A program made the translations under genes and the position numbers. Positions 10,544 to 21,816 of a DNA stretch of 64,000 nt are shown here, piece by piece. The stretch's first letter is position 1; each line of letters opens with the position of its first letter. Source of the stretch: an uncultured delta proteobacterium (GTDB lineage: Bacteria > Desulfobacterota > Binatia > Bin18); assembly GCA_963733195.1 (NCBI GenBank), contig CAVTCR010000052.1, forward strand, positions 35,713-99,712, read 5' to 3'. The notes below the pieces were generated by a model. That model was not told the origin of the DNA, did no database searches, and was given only the letters and a program-made list of their open reading frames with translations.

Positions 10544-13500
10544 ATGAAGTTTTCCGAAGTGGTATCGCAGACACTCGCATGGCTACAGCGCGAGGGACGG
10601 GTCTCGTATCGGGCGCTCAGATTAGAGTTTGACCTGAACGAGGACGTGCTTGACGCACTCAAGGAAGAAATCATCGAGGTTAAAGAAGCGGCGGTTGATA
10701 AAGACGGCAAAATGCTGGTCTGGACGGACGGAGAACCGAAGGGCGAAACGGCGAAAGGGGCAAAAGGCGAAACGGGAAAGGCAGCCGAAGTTGTCAGCTC
10801 TCAGTTATCAGTTGTCAGTCCTCAACCCCCAACCCCTAACACGCAGCCCCCAGCTGAACGTCGCCAACTGACGGTGATCTTCTGTGATCTCGTCGATTCT
10901 ACTGCACTCTCCGCTCGGCTCGATCCTGAAGAGTGGCGTGAGATCGTGCAAGCCTACCAAGCAGTGGGCGCCCACATTATCGAGCAGTATGAGGGGCGGA
11001 TTGCGCAGTATCTGGGTGATGGCCTCCTCGTCTACTTTGGCTATCCACCGCACACGAAGATGATGCACAACGGGCGGTGCGCTCCGGGTTAGCGATCGTG
11101 GAGGCCCTCCAACAGGCTCCACTTCTCCAACGACACGGCGTGCAGGTGCGGATCGGCATTCACACCGGTTTGGTCGTCGTGGGTGAAGTCGGCGGCGGCG
11201 CCAAACGCGAACAACTCGCTCTTGGTGATACCCCCAACATCGCGGCCCGCCTGCAAGGACTGGCCCACCCCAACACGGTTGTGATGAGCGACGCGACGCA
11301 GCAACTCGTGGCCGGACTGTTCGACTGCGACGACCTTGGCCTGCATCCCATCAAGGGCATCTCTGCGCCCGTGCAAGTGTACCAAGTGAGAGGTGAGAGT
11401 GGAGTCCGCAGTCGCTTGGAGGTCGCCAGCCGTCGCGGGTTGACTCCCTTGATCGGGCGTGAACACGAAGTGCAGCTCCTGCTCGACCGTTGGGAACAAG
11501 CCAAGACTGGTGCGGGGCAGGTCGTGCTGCTCAGTGGTGAGCCAGGCATCGGCAAATCCCGCTTGGTGCACCGCATGAAAGAGCAGGGGACAGCAGAGGG
11601 AGCTGCTCACATTGAGTTTCGCTGCTCCCCTTTCTCGCAGAACACTGCGTTTGCACCGGTGATCGAGCATCTGCAACGCCTGCTGCAGTTTGCGCGAGAG
11701 GATTCGCCCTGCCGTCAAGCTGGGGAAACTCCAACACACACTGAGCCAGTATCGCTTCCCTCAGACCGACACTCTGCCGCTGTTGGCGGCCTTGTTATCG
11801 CTTGCCCCATCCAGAAGGTGCTCCGCCGCTGACGTTCAGTCCCCAAAAGCAGAAACAGCGGACCGAAGAGGCGTTGGTGGCGTGGCTGATGGAGGAAGCC
11901 GAACGGCAGGCGGTCGTGACTGTGTGGGAAGATCTCCACTGGGCTGATCCCTCCACGTTGGAGTTCCTTTCCCTCCTGCTCGATCAAGTCCCGACCACGC
12001 GGTTGTTCGTGGTGCTGACTGCGCGCCCAGAGTTCCAGTCGCCGTGGCCGAGCCGGGGCTATATGGATGACTCTCACTCTCAATCGCTTGCCACGCACGC
12101 AGGCTGCACTGATGGTGCAACAGGTAACGGGGGATAAGGCGGTACCAGCGGAGGTGTTGCAGCAGATTGTGGCCAAGACCGATGGGGTGCCATTGTTTAT
12201 GGAAGAGTTGACCAAGATGGTCATAGAGTCTGGGTTGCTCAGAGAGACTGTAGGGTCGCTATGAGCTGACTGGCGCCCCTGCCATCCATTGGCTATTCCC
12301 GCGACACTGCACGATTCCTTGATGGCGCGATTGGATCGGCTGGGACCAGCGAAAGAGATCGCCCAACTCGGCGCGACTCTCGGGCGGGAGTTTACGTATG
12401 AACTGCTCCATGCGGTCTCTCCGCTGGATGAAGTGACACTTACAGCACGGGCTGAAGCAGTTGGTGGAGGCGGAGCTGCTCTATCAGCGTGGGTTGCTGC
12501 CGCAGGCTCACTATCATCTTCAAGCATGCCCTCATTCAGGACACCGCTTATCAGTCATTGCTCAAGAGCACGCGGCAACAGTATCACCGACAGATTGCGC
12601 AGGTACTGGAGGCGCGGTTTCCTGAGACGATCGAGATCCAGCCGGAGCTGGTGGCTCATCATTACACCGAGGCTGGGCTGATCGAGCAGGCCATTCCCTA
12701 CTGGCAGCAGGCAGGTGAACAGAGCCAGCCCAGCGCTCGGCTAATGTGGAAGCGATTAGCTCACCTCACCAGGGGGCTGGAAGTGCTGAAGGCCTTGCCG
12801 GACACTCCCGAGCGCATCCAGCAAGAACTCACTTTGCAAACTACCCTGGGGCTCGCACTGATCGCTGTTAAGGGCTATGCAGCCCCGGAAGTGGAAAAGT
12901 ACCTATGCGCGGGCCCGGGAAGCTGTGCCAGCAGGTGGGGGAGACTCCTCAGCTCTTCTCCGCATTGTATGGACTGTGGTGGTTTTATTTTGTCCGGCGG
13001 CAGAGTTACAGACAGCTCGTGAGCTGGCGGAGCAGCTGCCTGCAGTCTGGCTCAGAGCGTCCAATGATCCGGTGCTTCTCCTCGGCTGGCCCACCTGCGC
13101 TTGGGGCACACATTGTTCTGGCTTGGGAGAGTTTCCTCGCTGCTAGCGCGCAGCTTGAGCAAGGGATTAGCCCTTTACGATCCCCAGCTGCACTCCCAGA
13201 CCCTGTCGCTATGGATGGGCCAGATCCGGGGTGGTGATGCCTATCCTATGCAGCCTGGTGCCTGTGGTACTCGTGGTTATCCAGACCAGGCCCTGACAGC
13301 GAAGCTAGAGGCGCTTACCCTGGCCGCGGGCTATATCTCATCCCTTTAGTCTGGCATGCGCCTTTAACTTTGCCGCCCGAGTTGCCCATCATCTCCGCCG
13401 GGAGGGACAGCTAGCCCAAGAACGGGCAGAGGCAACGATTACTCTTTCGACTGAGCAGGGGTTTCCGTACTGGTTAGCGGAGGGAACCATCCTGCGGGGC

Positions 13501-14124
13501 TGGGCACTGGCCGAGCAAGGGCAGGTAGAGGAGGGACTCAGACAACTGCCCAGGGGTCTAGCCGCATACGCGGGCTACCGGGGCAGAGTTGTGGCAGCTC
13601 ATATTATCTTGCCCTGCTGGCAGAGGCGTATGGAAAAGTAGGACAAGTTGAAGAAGGGCTGGCTGAGTTGGCCGAGGCGCTGGCAGTCATGTCCAAAAAC
13701 TGGGGAGACAGCACTATGAGGCGAGCTGTATCGGCTGAAAGGCGAAGCTCACGCTAGCCAGACAAGGCTAAGGCACAGGCTGAAGTCTACAGGTCGAAGC
13801 ACATCAGAAGAATGGCCCTAGGCTCCTAACCCCCGATCCCCAAGAGAAGCCGAAGCGTGTTTTCTCAAGGCCATCGAGATTGCCCGGAAGCAGCAAGCGA
13901 AGTCGCTGGAACTGCGAGCGGTGATGAGCCTAAGCCGCCTGTGGCAACAACAGGGCAAGCAAGCCGAAGCTCACCAGATGTTATCAGAGATTTACAACTG
14001 GTTCACTGAAGGGTTTGATACGAAAGATTTGCAAGAGGCGAAGGCGCTGTTGGAAATACTAAAGGCAGCAGCCTCTAGCAAGATTGTCAGTCTAGAAGAG
14101 GTCCAATCTGTTGCCAAACAGTGA
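10544..14124 (+). CDS. Class III adenylate/guanylate cyclase - AAA ATPase (STAND) - TPR protein, copy 1; many frameshifts
   Basis: [63 protein letters not shown] and [18 protein letters not shown] across successive ORFs. Confidence 0.9.
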
Positions 14125-14177
14125 ACGGTGATACCTGCATCGCACGAAGCTTAGAGGAAGAGGAGACAGAGGCGACT

Positions 14178-14447
14178 ATGTCCATCGGTTTAGGAGAAGC
14201 GGCAGAAGTGCTTGGGGTTTCCGTCAAGGAGTTGAAGAAGCGCAGTTTAGCTGCTTTGCTTGAGAAAGAACTCCGCTCACTCCGAGCGGAAATTCTTTCA
14301 GTTTGTCAGAAGTATGGGGTAGCTTCATGGGAAGGAATGAACGAGCTGATTATTGAGGACCAAGTTGAAGAAGGAAAAATCCTTGATGATTTTCAGCGGG
14401 TGGACCATCTGACGGCGAAAGCAAAACGGATCGCTGCGTTGCTTTGA
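14178..14447 (+). CDS. Small helical hypothetical protein, antitoxin-like
   Basis: 89-aa ORF with an upstream GAGG; lies inside the accessory cassette; family assignment is a guess. Confidence 0.6.
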   Translation: MSIGLGEAAEVLGVSVKELKKRSLAALLEKELRSLRAEILSVCQKYGVASWEGMNELIIEDQVEEGKILDDFQRVDHLTAKAKRIAALL

Positions 14448-14503
14448 GCAGAACGTAAAAATACCAACAAAAGAGGGGAAAACTCTATCTTCGATGAAGC
14501 TTG

Positions 14504-14527
14504 AGTGCCGTAGCCCAGATGAAATCC
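14504..14527. repeat. Degenerate GTAG-type REP; right copy of the direct repeat
   Basis: agtgccgtagcccagatgaaatcc. Confidence 0.7.
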
Positions 14528-14648
14528 TTGATCGCTTTTCTCTATGGTCCTGGATTCCACTACGCTCCATTCAGGTTACGCAACTGGCTTGTTTCTTCTC
14601 TTTTCCTGTTGTAATTCCTCGAAGGACTGAAAAGAGGAAGTTGCGTGT

Positions 14649-14985
14649 ATGCATCCGCGTTCCAACTTTTGGTTAGAGCAGGATGGCAAAGTCGTTCTCA
14701 GTGAATGGCGCATTGCGCTCCTGGAAGCGGTAGAGCGAACTGGTTCCATCAATGCGGCTGCCGCAGAACAAGGTGTGCATTTTCGTGTTGCGTGGCGGAA
14801 ACTGAAAGAGATGGAAGAAGGTCTTGGCGTGAAACTGACACAACGAGCAGTTGGCGGGAAACATGGCGGTGGAACCTCATCTGACGCCGGAAGGACGTGA
14901 CTATGTTCGCCATTTCCACGAGTTTACCGCAGGGCTTAAAGGAATAGTGGATAAGCGGTTTAAGAAGGCCTTTACGCAAGAGTAA
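14649..14985 (+). CDS. modE: ModE-like regulator, HTH domain only; frameshift near 14875
   Basis: LLEAVERTGSINAAA...YRVAW-like motif (HFRVAWRKL), GGKHGGG, then LTPEGR in the next frame to TAA 14985. Confidence 0.85.
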
Positions 14986-14999
14986 ATTTTTTTGTGAAT

Positions 15000-15022
15000 C
15001 GTTATGCTGAATGAACATAACG
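15000..15022. promoter_or_regulatory. Candidate ModE operator
   Basis: Perfect palindrome CGTTATG-N9-CATAACG between modE and the conserved body of fdhD. Confidence 0.7.
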
Positions 15023-15927
15023 AAAATAACTTACCTCCTACTGCCAGGGAAGAAGGGAAAAGCGTGCCTCCGTTTCAGCGGACAGAGGACGAACGCCTCC
15101 GCCGCCGACAGATTGTCCAGGCTGATGTTCTTGCCATGCGGAACCGCGTTCGATTCGATCAGGCGGATTGGCTTGCTGCTGAAGAGCCTTTGGAAATCCG
15201 CGTATGCGGTCCCGATCAGGAAGCTATCAGTGTTGCCGTGACGATGCGAACGCCTGGCCATGATCATGAATTGGCTATCGGATTCCTTTATACGGAAGGG
15301 CTTGTCCGTTCTTGCAAAGAAATCGTTGCTATCGACTCTGGTCCTGCCCTCTTGCAAGAACAGCCTTGTAACATTGTCACTGTTCGCCTTTCTCATCTCT
15401 TTGATCCTGCGCCATTGAAGCGCAATTTTTACGCGACTTCGAGTTGTGGGATCTGTGGCAAAGCTTCACTCGAACAGATTGCTATCCACTGCGCCCCTGT
15501 CGCTCCTGGCCCTGTGTTACCCGGCTCTATTCTCACTGGGCTTCCTCCTGTTCTCCGCCAAGCGCAGCAAGTTTTCGACCAGACTGGTGGGCTGCATGCT
15601 TCTGGCCTGTTCGACATGACCGGGCGACTTGTGTCGCTCAGGGAAGATGTTGGTCGCCATAATGCCGTTGATAAGTTGGTGGGGCAGGCGGTGTTGGCGG
15701 GCGAGACGCCTTTAAGCGAACGGGTGTTGCTTGTGTCCGGCCGGACGAGTTTCGAGATTATGCAAAAGGCCGCTATGGCGCGCGTCCCCATCGTCTGCGC
15801 GGTCTCTGCTCCGTCGAGCCTGGCAGTTGAGGTGGCGAAACGTTTCCGTATGACCTTGGTGGGTTTTCTCCGTGATCAGTCTTTCAATGTGTACTCTCAC
15901 CCGGAGCGGATTGCTCTCGGTAGTTGA
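15004..15927 (+). CDS. fdhD: Formate dehydrogenase sulfurtransferase FdhD; the true start may be GTG 15064 or later
   Basis: EEPLEIR, TMRTPGHD.ELAIGFL, SSCGICGK, TGGLH, REDVGRHNAVDK and SAPSSLAV. Confidence 0.95.
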   Translation: MLNEHNENNLPPTAREEGKSVPPFQRTEDERLRRRQIVQADVLAMRNRVRFDQADWLAAEEPLEIRVCGPDQEAISVAVTMRTPGHDHELAIGFLYTEGLVRSCKEIVAIDSGPALLQEQPCNIVTVRLSHLFDPAPLKRNFYATSSCGICGKASLEQIAIHCAPVAPGPVLPGSILTGLPPVLRQAQQVFDQTGGLHASGLFDMTGRLVSLREDVGRHNAVDKLVGQAVLAGETPLSERVLLVSGRTSFEIMQKAAMARVPIVCAVSAPSSLAVEVAKRFRMTLVGFLRDQSFNVYSHPERIALGS

Positions 15928-15944
15928 GAAGGAAAGGATCGATT

Positions 15945-17898
15945 ATGAAACGCTCTTATGTCCGACTCACTGAACCGCTCGTGCGTGACAACGGACGCTT
16001 ACGTCCCGCCAGTTGGGATGAGGCGCTGGCTCGCGCCGCGCAGGGTTTTCAGACTGCTATAGAAAAGCATGGACCGCGGACGTTCGGGCTGTTTAGCTGT
16101 TCAAAGGCGACGAACGAAACGAACTTCATGGCTCAGAAGTTTGCGCGCCTGGTGATCGGCAGTAACAATATCGATAGCTGTAACCGCACTTGACACGCGC
16201 CCAGTGTCGCCGGTCTGGCGGCAGTTTTCGGTGCGGGGGGCGGTACCAGCTCCTATAAAGAGATCGAGGAGACCGACCTCACTATCTTGTGGGGGTCGAA
16301 CGCGCGCGAGGCGCATCCGATCTTTTTTCACCATGTGCTGAAAGGGGTGCACAATGGCGCGCGGCTCTACGTCGTCGATCCGCGTCGCACCAGTTCCGCG
16401 CAATGGGCCGATGTTTGGCTTGGGCTCGATGTCGGCACAGACATCGTACTGGCGAATGCTATGGGACGGGAGATTATCTCGGCAGGACTGACGAATCAGA
16501 CATTCATTTCCCGCGCCACGACGGGCTTTGATGAGTATCGCACCTGTGTGGAGAAGTACACGCTCGACTACGCGGAGCGCGAAACCGGTGTGTCCGCCGC
16601 CCTGATCCGTGAACTGGCGCATGCCTATGCTCGAGCTGACCGCGCCATGATCTGTTGGACGCTCGGCATTACCGAACATCACAACGCGGTGGATAACGTG
16701 CTGGCGCTCATCAATCTGGCGCTGCTTACCGGTCACGTGGGACGCTACGGCTCAGGGCTCAACCCGTTGCGCGGACAAAATAATGTGCAAGGCGGCGGTG
16801 ACATGGGCGCTCTGCCGGACCGCCTTCCCGGGTTCCAGCAGGTCGAGGATGACACGTTGCGCGCCAAATTTGAGACGGTGTGGGGAAAGAAGATTCCCGC
16901 CAAACGCGGCTGGCATCTCAGCGATATGTTTGCGGCGATGGAACGGAAAGAACTCACGGCGCTGTACGTGATCGGGGAGAATCCTGCCCAATCAGAAGCC
17001 GACGTATCGCACGCCATGCATTTGCTCGAAGGGCTTGAGCACTTCGTCGTGCAGGATATTTTCCTCACGGCCACAGCTGAATTGGCTGACGTGGTTTTCC
17101 CTGCATCAGCCGGTTGGTGTGAAGCGGAAGGAACCGTGACCAACAGTGAGCGGCGTGTACAGCGGGTACGCAAAGCGCTGAATCCCCCTGGTCAAGCCCG
17201 CGATGACATTACGATCATTTGTGACCTGGCCCGTCAGTTTGGTTACGAGTGGGGACAACCCACGGCGTCAGAGGTGTGGAACGAGGTGCGCCGCTTGAGC
17301 CCCAATCACACAGGCATGAGCTACGCGACGTCTCGAAGAACATGGCGGACTCCAGTGGCCGTGTTATGACGAGAATCATCCTGGGTCGCCATTGCTGCAC
17401 GACCGTTTATGGGAAGAGCCGGTGCAAGGACCAAAAGCGCCGTTTCATGCAGTCGAGCATGACCCGCCGGTGGATCGACTGGACGACGACTTTCCCATCC
17501 GTCTGACGACTGGTCGCCGTCTCGATTCCTACAATACTGGCGTGCAAACCGGAGGGTACAGTTCCCCACTGCGACGCGGAGAGACGCTCGATCTCTCGCC
17601 CGAAGATGGATTGCGGTACGACGTAAAAGATGGGGAACGAGTGCGGATCTCCTCACGCCGTGGTTCGATCATCGCGCCGGTGCGGTACGATTCGTCCCTT
17701 CGTCCTGGTTTGGCGTTTATGACGATGCACTTTCCTGATGAGGTGGACACGAACCAGTTGACTATCGAAGCCCTTGACCCGAAGTCGGGGACGGCTGAAT
17801 TCAAAGCGACAGCAATCCGCATTGAAAAGTTGGGACCCGTCGGAGTGCAACTGACTGCCCCTGGCGATAAGGCGTCGCTCATGGAGCAGCCTGACTGA
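15945..17898 (+). CDS. Selenocysteine-containing formate dehydrogenase catalytic subunit lacking the N-terminal Fe-S domain; one frameshift near 17328
   Basis: NNIDSCNRT-TGA(16191)-HAPSVAGL in frame, LRGQNNVQG, EGTVTNSERRVQ, LTTGR and DPKSGTAEFK. Confidence 0.92.
16191..16226 (+). other. Sec UGA codon with bacterial SECIS hairpin
   Basis: TGA CAC GCG CCC AG then TGTCGCC-GGTCT-GGCGGCA stem-loop, same layout as the E. coli fdhF SECIS. Confidence 0.85.
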
Positions 17899-17928
17899 AA
17901 GACGATAGAGAGGCATTGAGAGACGAAA

Positions 17929-19773
17929 ATGGACCTGCGTTTACGTGAGACCCCGGCGAAACCAGAAGAGCAAGCAGCAGTTGATGCGGTGCTGGGCCCT
18001 CCAGAATCTGGCTGGACGGGTGGGATACGCAACATCACGAAAGACGGACGTGAGGCGCGTGGTGGTCACGAACTGCGTGCTCAACGACACTTGCTGCTGC
18101 CCGCGCTCCACGCAGTCCAAGATCGAATGGGATGGATCAGTCCTGACGCGCTCAACTACATTTGCCAACGTCTCAGCATTCCCCCTGCCGAGGCATATGG
18201 CGTGGCGAGCTTCTACGCGCTTTTTTCTTTGTCTCCACAGCCGCCAGTGGCAGTGCATGTGTGTGATGATATTGCTTGTCTTGCGAATGGCGCCGAGAAG
18301 GTGTGCGCTGAGCTGGAACAGACGCTCGGTCCTGCTGGCGCTGCAAGCAAAAACGGTCAAGTCACCTGGCATCGCAGTCCATGTCTCGGCGTGTGCGAAC
18401 GTGCGCCCGCAGCGCTTTGTCTAACCGCTGGTGCTTCAGCAAGAGTCAGGTGATCGCGCCCGCACGAGCGTCGGACATCGCTGCCGCCTTGAATGGTGGC
18501 TCGGCGTCGAACTTCTTCTCCGTGCCGGTTCCCCAGGCTGGTGACCCCAAGCTTCGCTTGCTCCGTCGCGTTGGCGTGGTCGATCCCACAAGTATTGATT
18601 CCTACCGTGCGCACGGCGGGTATGCGGCGTTGCGAAAAGCTATCGAGATCGGCCCCGACGAGGTTATCCGCGAGGTCAACGACTCCAAGCTGCTCGGTCG
18701 TGGTGGGGCCGCGTTCCCCATGGGTCGCAAGTGGGAGGCGGTCGCCCGCGCTGCTGCGCGTCCACACTATCTGGTCTGCAACGCAGACGAGTCTGAGCCC
18801 GGCACTTTTAAGGACCGTGTAGTAATGGAGGAAGATCCCTTCGCTTTACTGGAAGCAATGACGATCGCTGGATTCACAACGAGTTGTGAGCAAGGCTACA
18901 TTTATATTCGTGGCGAATATCCACAGGCGACCAAGCGACTAGAGAACGCCATTGCGCAAGCACGCTCTCGCAGGTTTGCTGGGTGAGAATGTAATGGGGC
19001 ACGGATTCCGTTTCGATATTGAACTACGCCGTGGGGCTGGAGCCTACATCTGCGGAGAAGAAACAGCATTGCTGAATTCTATTGAAGGATACCGTGGCGA
19101 GCCGCGCAACAAGCCGCCGTTTCCAGTGCAGGTCGGACTGTTCGGTAAGCCGACGGTTATCAATAACGTCGAAACTCTGGTGAACGTGCTCGATATCGTG
19201 CTGCATGGCGGTCCCGCTTTCGCAACGATCGGTACGCCAGGTTCTGTCGGGCCGAAACTTTTTTGTGTGTCTGGCTGTGTGACACGTCCCGGCGTGTATG
19301 AAGTTGAGTTTGGCATAACCCTGCGCCAGTTGTTGGAACTGGCAGGTGGAGTGCGGCACCAACGGCCGTTGCAGACTATCCTGCTTGGCGGAGCGGCTGG
19401 AGTGTTTGTCACTCCCGATCAACTCGATACGCCGCTGACATTTGAGGGAGTACGAGCGATTGGCGCTACGCTCGGTTCTGGCGTGGTCATGGTCTTCGAT
19501 GACTCAATCGATCTCAAGGCGATTCTGCTTCGCATCGCTGCCTTCTTCCGCGACGAGTCATGCGGCCAATGCGTCCCCTGTCGGGTTGGTACGGTGCGGC
19601 AAGAAGAATGGCTTCATCGCATGAAATCCGGGCGACTGCTGGGGCCTCTACAGAACGAGTTGACACTCCGTACGGAGATCGGCCAGGTCATGCGCGACGC
19701 ATCGATTTGCGGCCTGGGGCAGACCGCCGCCAGCGCCATAGAGTCTGCCCTGACAAAACTGAAAATTTTTTAA
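17929..19773 (+). CDS. NuoE-NuoF-like diaphorase subunit, probably one fused gene with frameshifts near 18445 and 18970
   Basis: VCDDIAC...CLGVC (2Fe-2S), [46 protein letters not shown] and SICGLG. Confidence 0.88.
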
Positions 19774-19786
19774 CCGTGAGAAAACT

Positions 19787-20728
19787 ATGTCTGCTGTATC
19801 TCCAACGTCCGCGAAACGTGTTGTTGAGTTGACCATTGACGGAAAGCCCATCCGTGTTCCAGAAGGAACGACGCTTCTTGACGCGTGCCGTTCGCAAAAT
19901 ATCTCGACGCCTACGCTGTGTTACTTAGAGAATCTGACTCCAGTCAATGTGTGTCGAGTATGTGTGGTTGAAGTTGAAGGCTCGCGTGTGCTCGTGCCAG
20001 CGTGTTCGCGCAAGGCGGAGAATGGCATGGTCGTGCAAACGGATTCAGAGCGTGTACGTCTCAGTCGCCGTCTGGTTCTGGAGTTCCTCGCCTCGTCAGT
20101 AGACCTTTCGATTGCGCCGTCGGTGAAAGACTACATGCAACGGTACGATGCCCATCCTGAGCGGTTTGGTCCGGCCGCCGCAAGCGGAGAGCGAGATCAT
20201 CGTCATGCTGGCCACCACCATGAGCCGGATGGAACCACTGCGGCCACCGTCGCACAGCCCGTGAAGATTGATAATGACCTGTACATTCGCGACTATTCCC
20301 GCTGCATCCTCTGTTATAAATGCGTGGAAGCCTGCGGGACCGATGCACAAAATACCTTTGCTATTGCTGTGGCTGGGCGGGGTTTCGATGCTCGCATCTC
20401 TACCGAGTTTGCGACCCCGCTTCCTGACTCCGCCTGCGTGTATTGTGGCAATTGTATTGGCGTCTGTCCCACTGGAGCTTTGATGTTCCGTAGTGAGCAC
20501 GAGCTGCGTCAGGCGAGTGCTTGGGATGAGGCCCAACAAACCCAGACCGACACCATCTGCCCATATTGTGGCGTAGGTTGCACGCTCACCCTCCATGTCC
20601 AAGACAATCAGATAGTGAAAGTCACTTCACCTTTAGACCACGATGTAGGACACGGGCATTTATGCATTAAAGGACGATTTGGCTGGCAGTTCGTGCAGAA
20701 CCGGCCAGACTCGACAAAACCATCATGA
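19787..20728 (+). CDS. Fe-S subunit (NuoG-like 2Fe-2S plus 4Fe-4S) ending in the FDH proximal 4Fe-4S domain
   Basis: PTLC..CRVCVV..C, CILCYKC, CVYCGNCIGVCP and C-terminal CPYCGVGC...LCIKGRFG. Confidence 0.92.
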   Translation: MSAVSPTSAKRVVELTIDGKPIRVPEGTTLLDACRSQNISTPTLCYLENLTPVNVCRVCVVEVEGSRVLVPACSRKAENGMVVQTDSERVRLSRRLVLEFLASSVDLSIAPSVKDYMQRYDAHPERFGPAAASGERDHRHAGHHHEPDGTTAATVAQPVKIDNDLYIRDYSRCILCYKCVEACGTDAQNTFAIAVAGRGFDARISTEFATPLPDSACVYCGNCIGVCPTGALMFRSEHELRQASAWDEAQQTQTDTICPYCGVGCTLTLHVQDNQIVKVTSPLDHDVGHGHLCIKGRFGWQFVQNRPDSTKPS

Positions 20729-20973
20729 CGCGCACCGACTTCATTACTACTAGTGAGATTGCAACATATCTCCGCGTCAGCGAGCATCACGTGTACCGTC
20801 TTGTGCACGAGCGAGGGCTACCAGGGAGACGTGTCAAGGGGCGATGGGTTTTTCGCCAAAGTCTTGTGGAGCAGTGGGTGTACAAACATTTGCAATCCAG
20901 GAGCCTCGATCTCGTGCGATCAATTGAGGCAAGAAAAACCTTACGAGCCGTCTCCCATCGAGGCGATTCCTGA
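20725..20973 (+). CDS. Excisionase/MerR-like HTH_17 DNA-binding protein
   Basis: TTSEIATYLRVSEHHVYRLVHERGLPGRRVKGRWVF; ATGA overlap with the upstream gene. Confidence 0.85.
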   Translation: MTRTDFITTSEIATYLRVSEHHVYRLVHERGLPGRRVKGRWVFRQSLVEQWVYKHLQSRSLDLVRSIEARKTLRAVSHRGDS

Positions 20974-21101
20974 AAATCCTGCGGCCTTGCTCGGATTGAC
21001 GGGCGTGGAGAGTTGAAGGGGCTCCTCGCAATGACCCCTACTCTCGGGTTTGCAGATACGCTTTCAGCCAACGATCACAGGTTGATAAAGTTCTTCTTCT
21101 A

Positions 21102-21124
21102 CTATATGTCCGATCAGCATAACG
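21102..21124. promoter_or_regulatory. Second, degenerate candidate ModE operator upstream of coxS
   Basis: CTATATG-N9-CATAACG; same spacing and right half as 15000-15022. Confidence 0.5.
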
Positions 21125-21242
21125 ACCCACTTTGTGAAGTCTGACTGCCAAACTCCAGACATTGGAATCTACTGAAGCGCAGGTCGCTAATCACTCGTGA
21201 GCAAACCCAAGTCGACGAAAAACGGAAAACGCTACAGCGCGA

Positions 21243-21740
21243 ATGGAGAACAGGGTGACAAGGACAGTAACGATCTCAGTGAATGGCCAAGCGTATACGA
21301 ATGAGGTTGAACCCCGTCTATTGCTCGTTCATTACTTGCGTGACGTTTTGAGCCTGACCGGCACACACGTCGGGTGTGAAACCAGCCTGTGTGGAGCATG
21401 TACTGTTATCCTCAACGGACAAGCAGTGAAGTCCTGTACCGTGCTGGCAGTGCAAGCCGATGGCGGTGAGGTTCTGACCGTTGAAGGACTGGAAAAAGAC
21501 GGAAAGCTGCATCCGTTGCAAGACGGTTTCTGGGAAGAGCACGGATTGCAGTGTGGATTCTGCACGCCTGGGATGATTATGGCTTCGTATCAACTCTTGC
21601 AGCGACATCCCAATCCGACAGAAGAACAAATCCGTCACGGACTTGAAGGCAACCTGTGCCGCTGCACGGGGTATCAACATATTGTGAAGGCAGTGCAACA
21701 TGCGGCGAAGACAATGCAAAATGCAAGAATGATGAATTGA
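21243..21740 (+). CDS. coxS: Xanthine/CO dehydrogenase family 2Fe-2S small subunit
   Basis: [18 protein letters not shown] and GNLCRCTGY. Confidence 0.92.
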   Translation: MENRVTRTVTISVNGQAYTNEVEPRLLLVHYLRDVLSLTGTHVGCETSLCGACTVILNGQAVKSCTVLAVQADGGEVLTVEGLEKDGKLHPLQDGFWEEHGLQCGFCTPGMIMASYQLLQRHPNPTEEQIRHGLEGNLCRCTGYQHIVKAVQHAAKTMQNARMMN

Positions 21741-21798
21741 AGACAGAATTCCTTTTTCCATTTTCAATTTTGCATTCTTAATTTTTAATTCTTCATTC
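21713..21798. repeat. Inverted degenerate heptamer arrays at the coxS/coxL junction
   Basis: aatgcaaaat (21713) pairs with attttgcatt (21767) within longer degenerate arms. Confidence 0.7.
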
Positions 21799-21816
21799 TC
21801 GCGAAGCGAGGAAACT

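Noticed and set aside
20725-20973. Prophage or integrative element implied by an excisionase-like gene
   Set aside because: No integrase or phage genes; the gene is coupled to the FDH operon and fits a regulator
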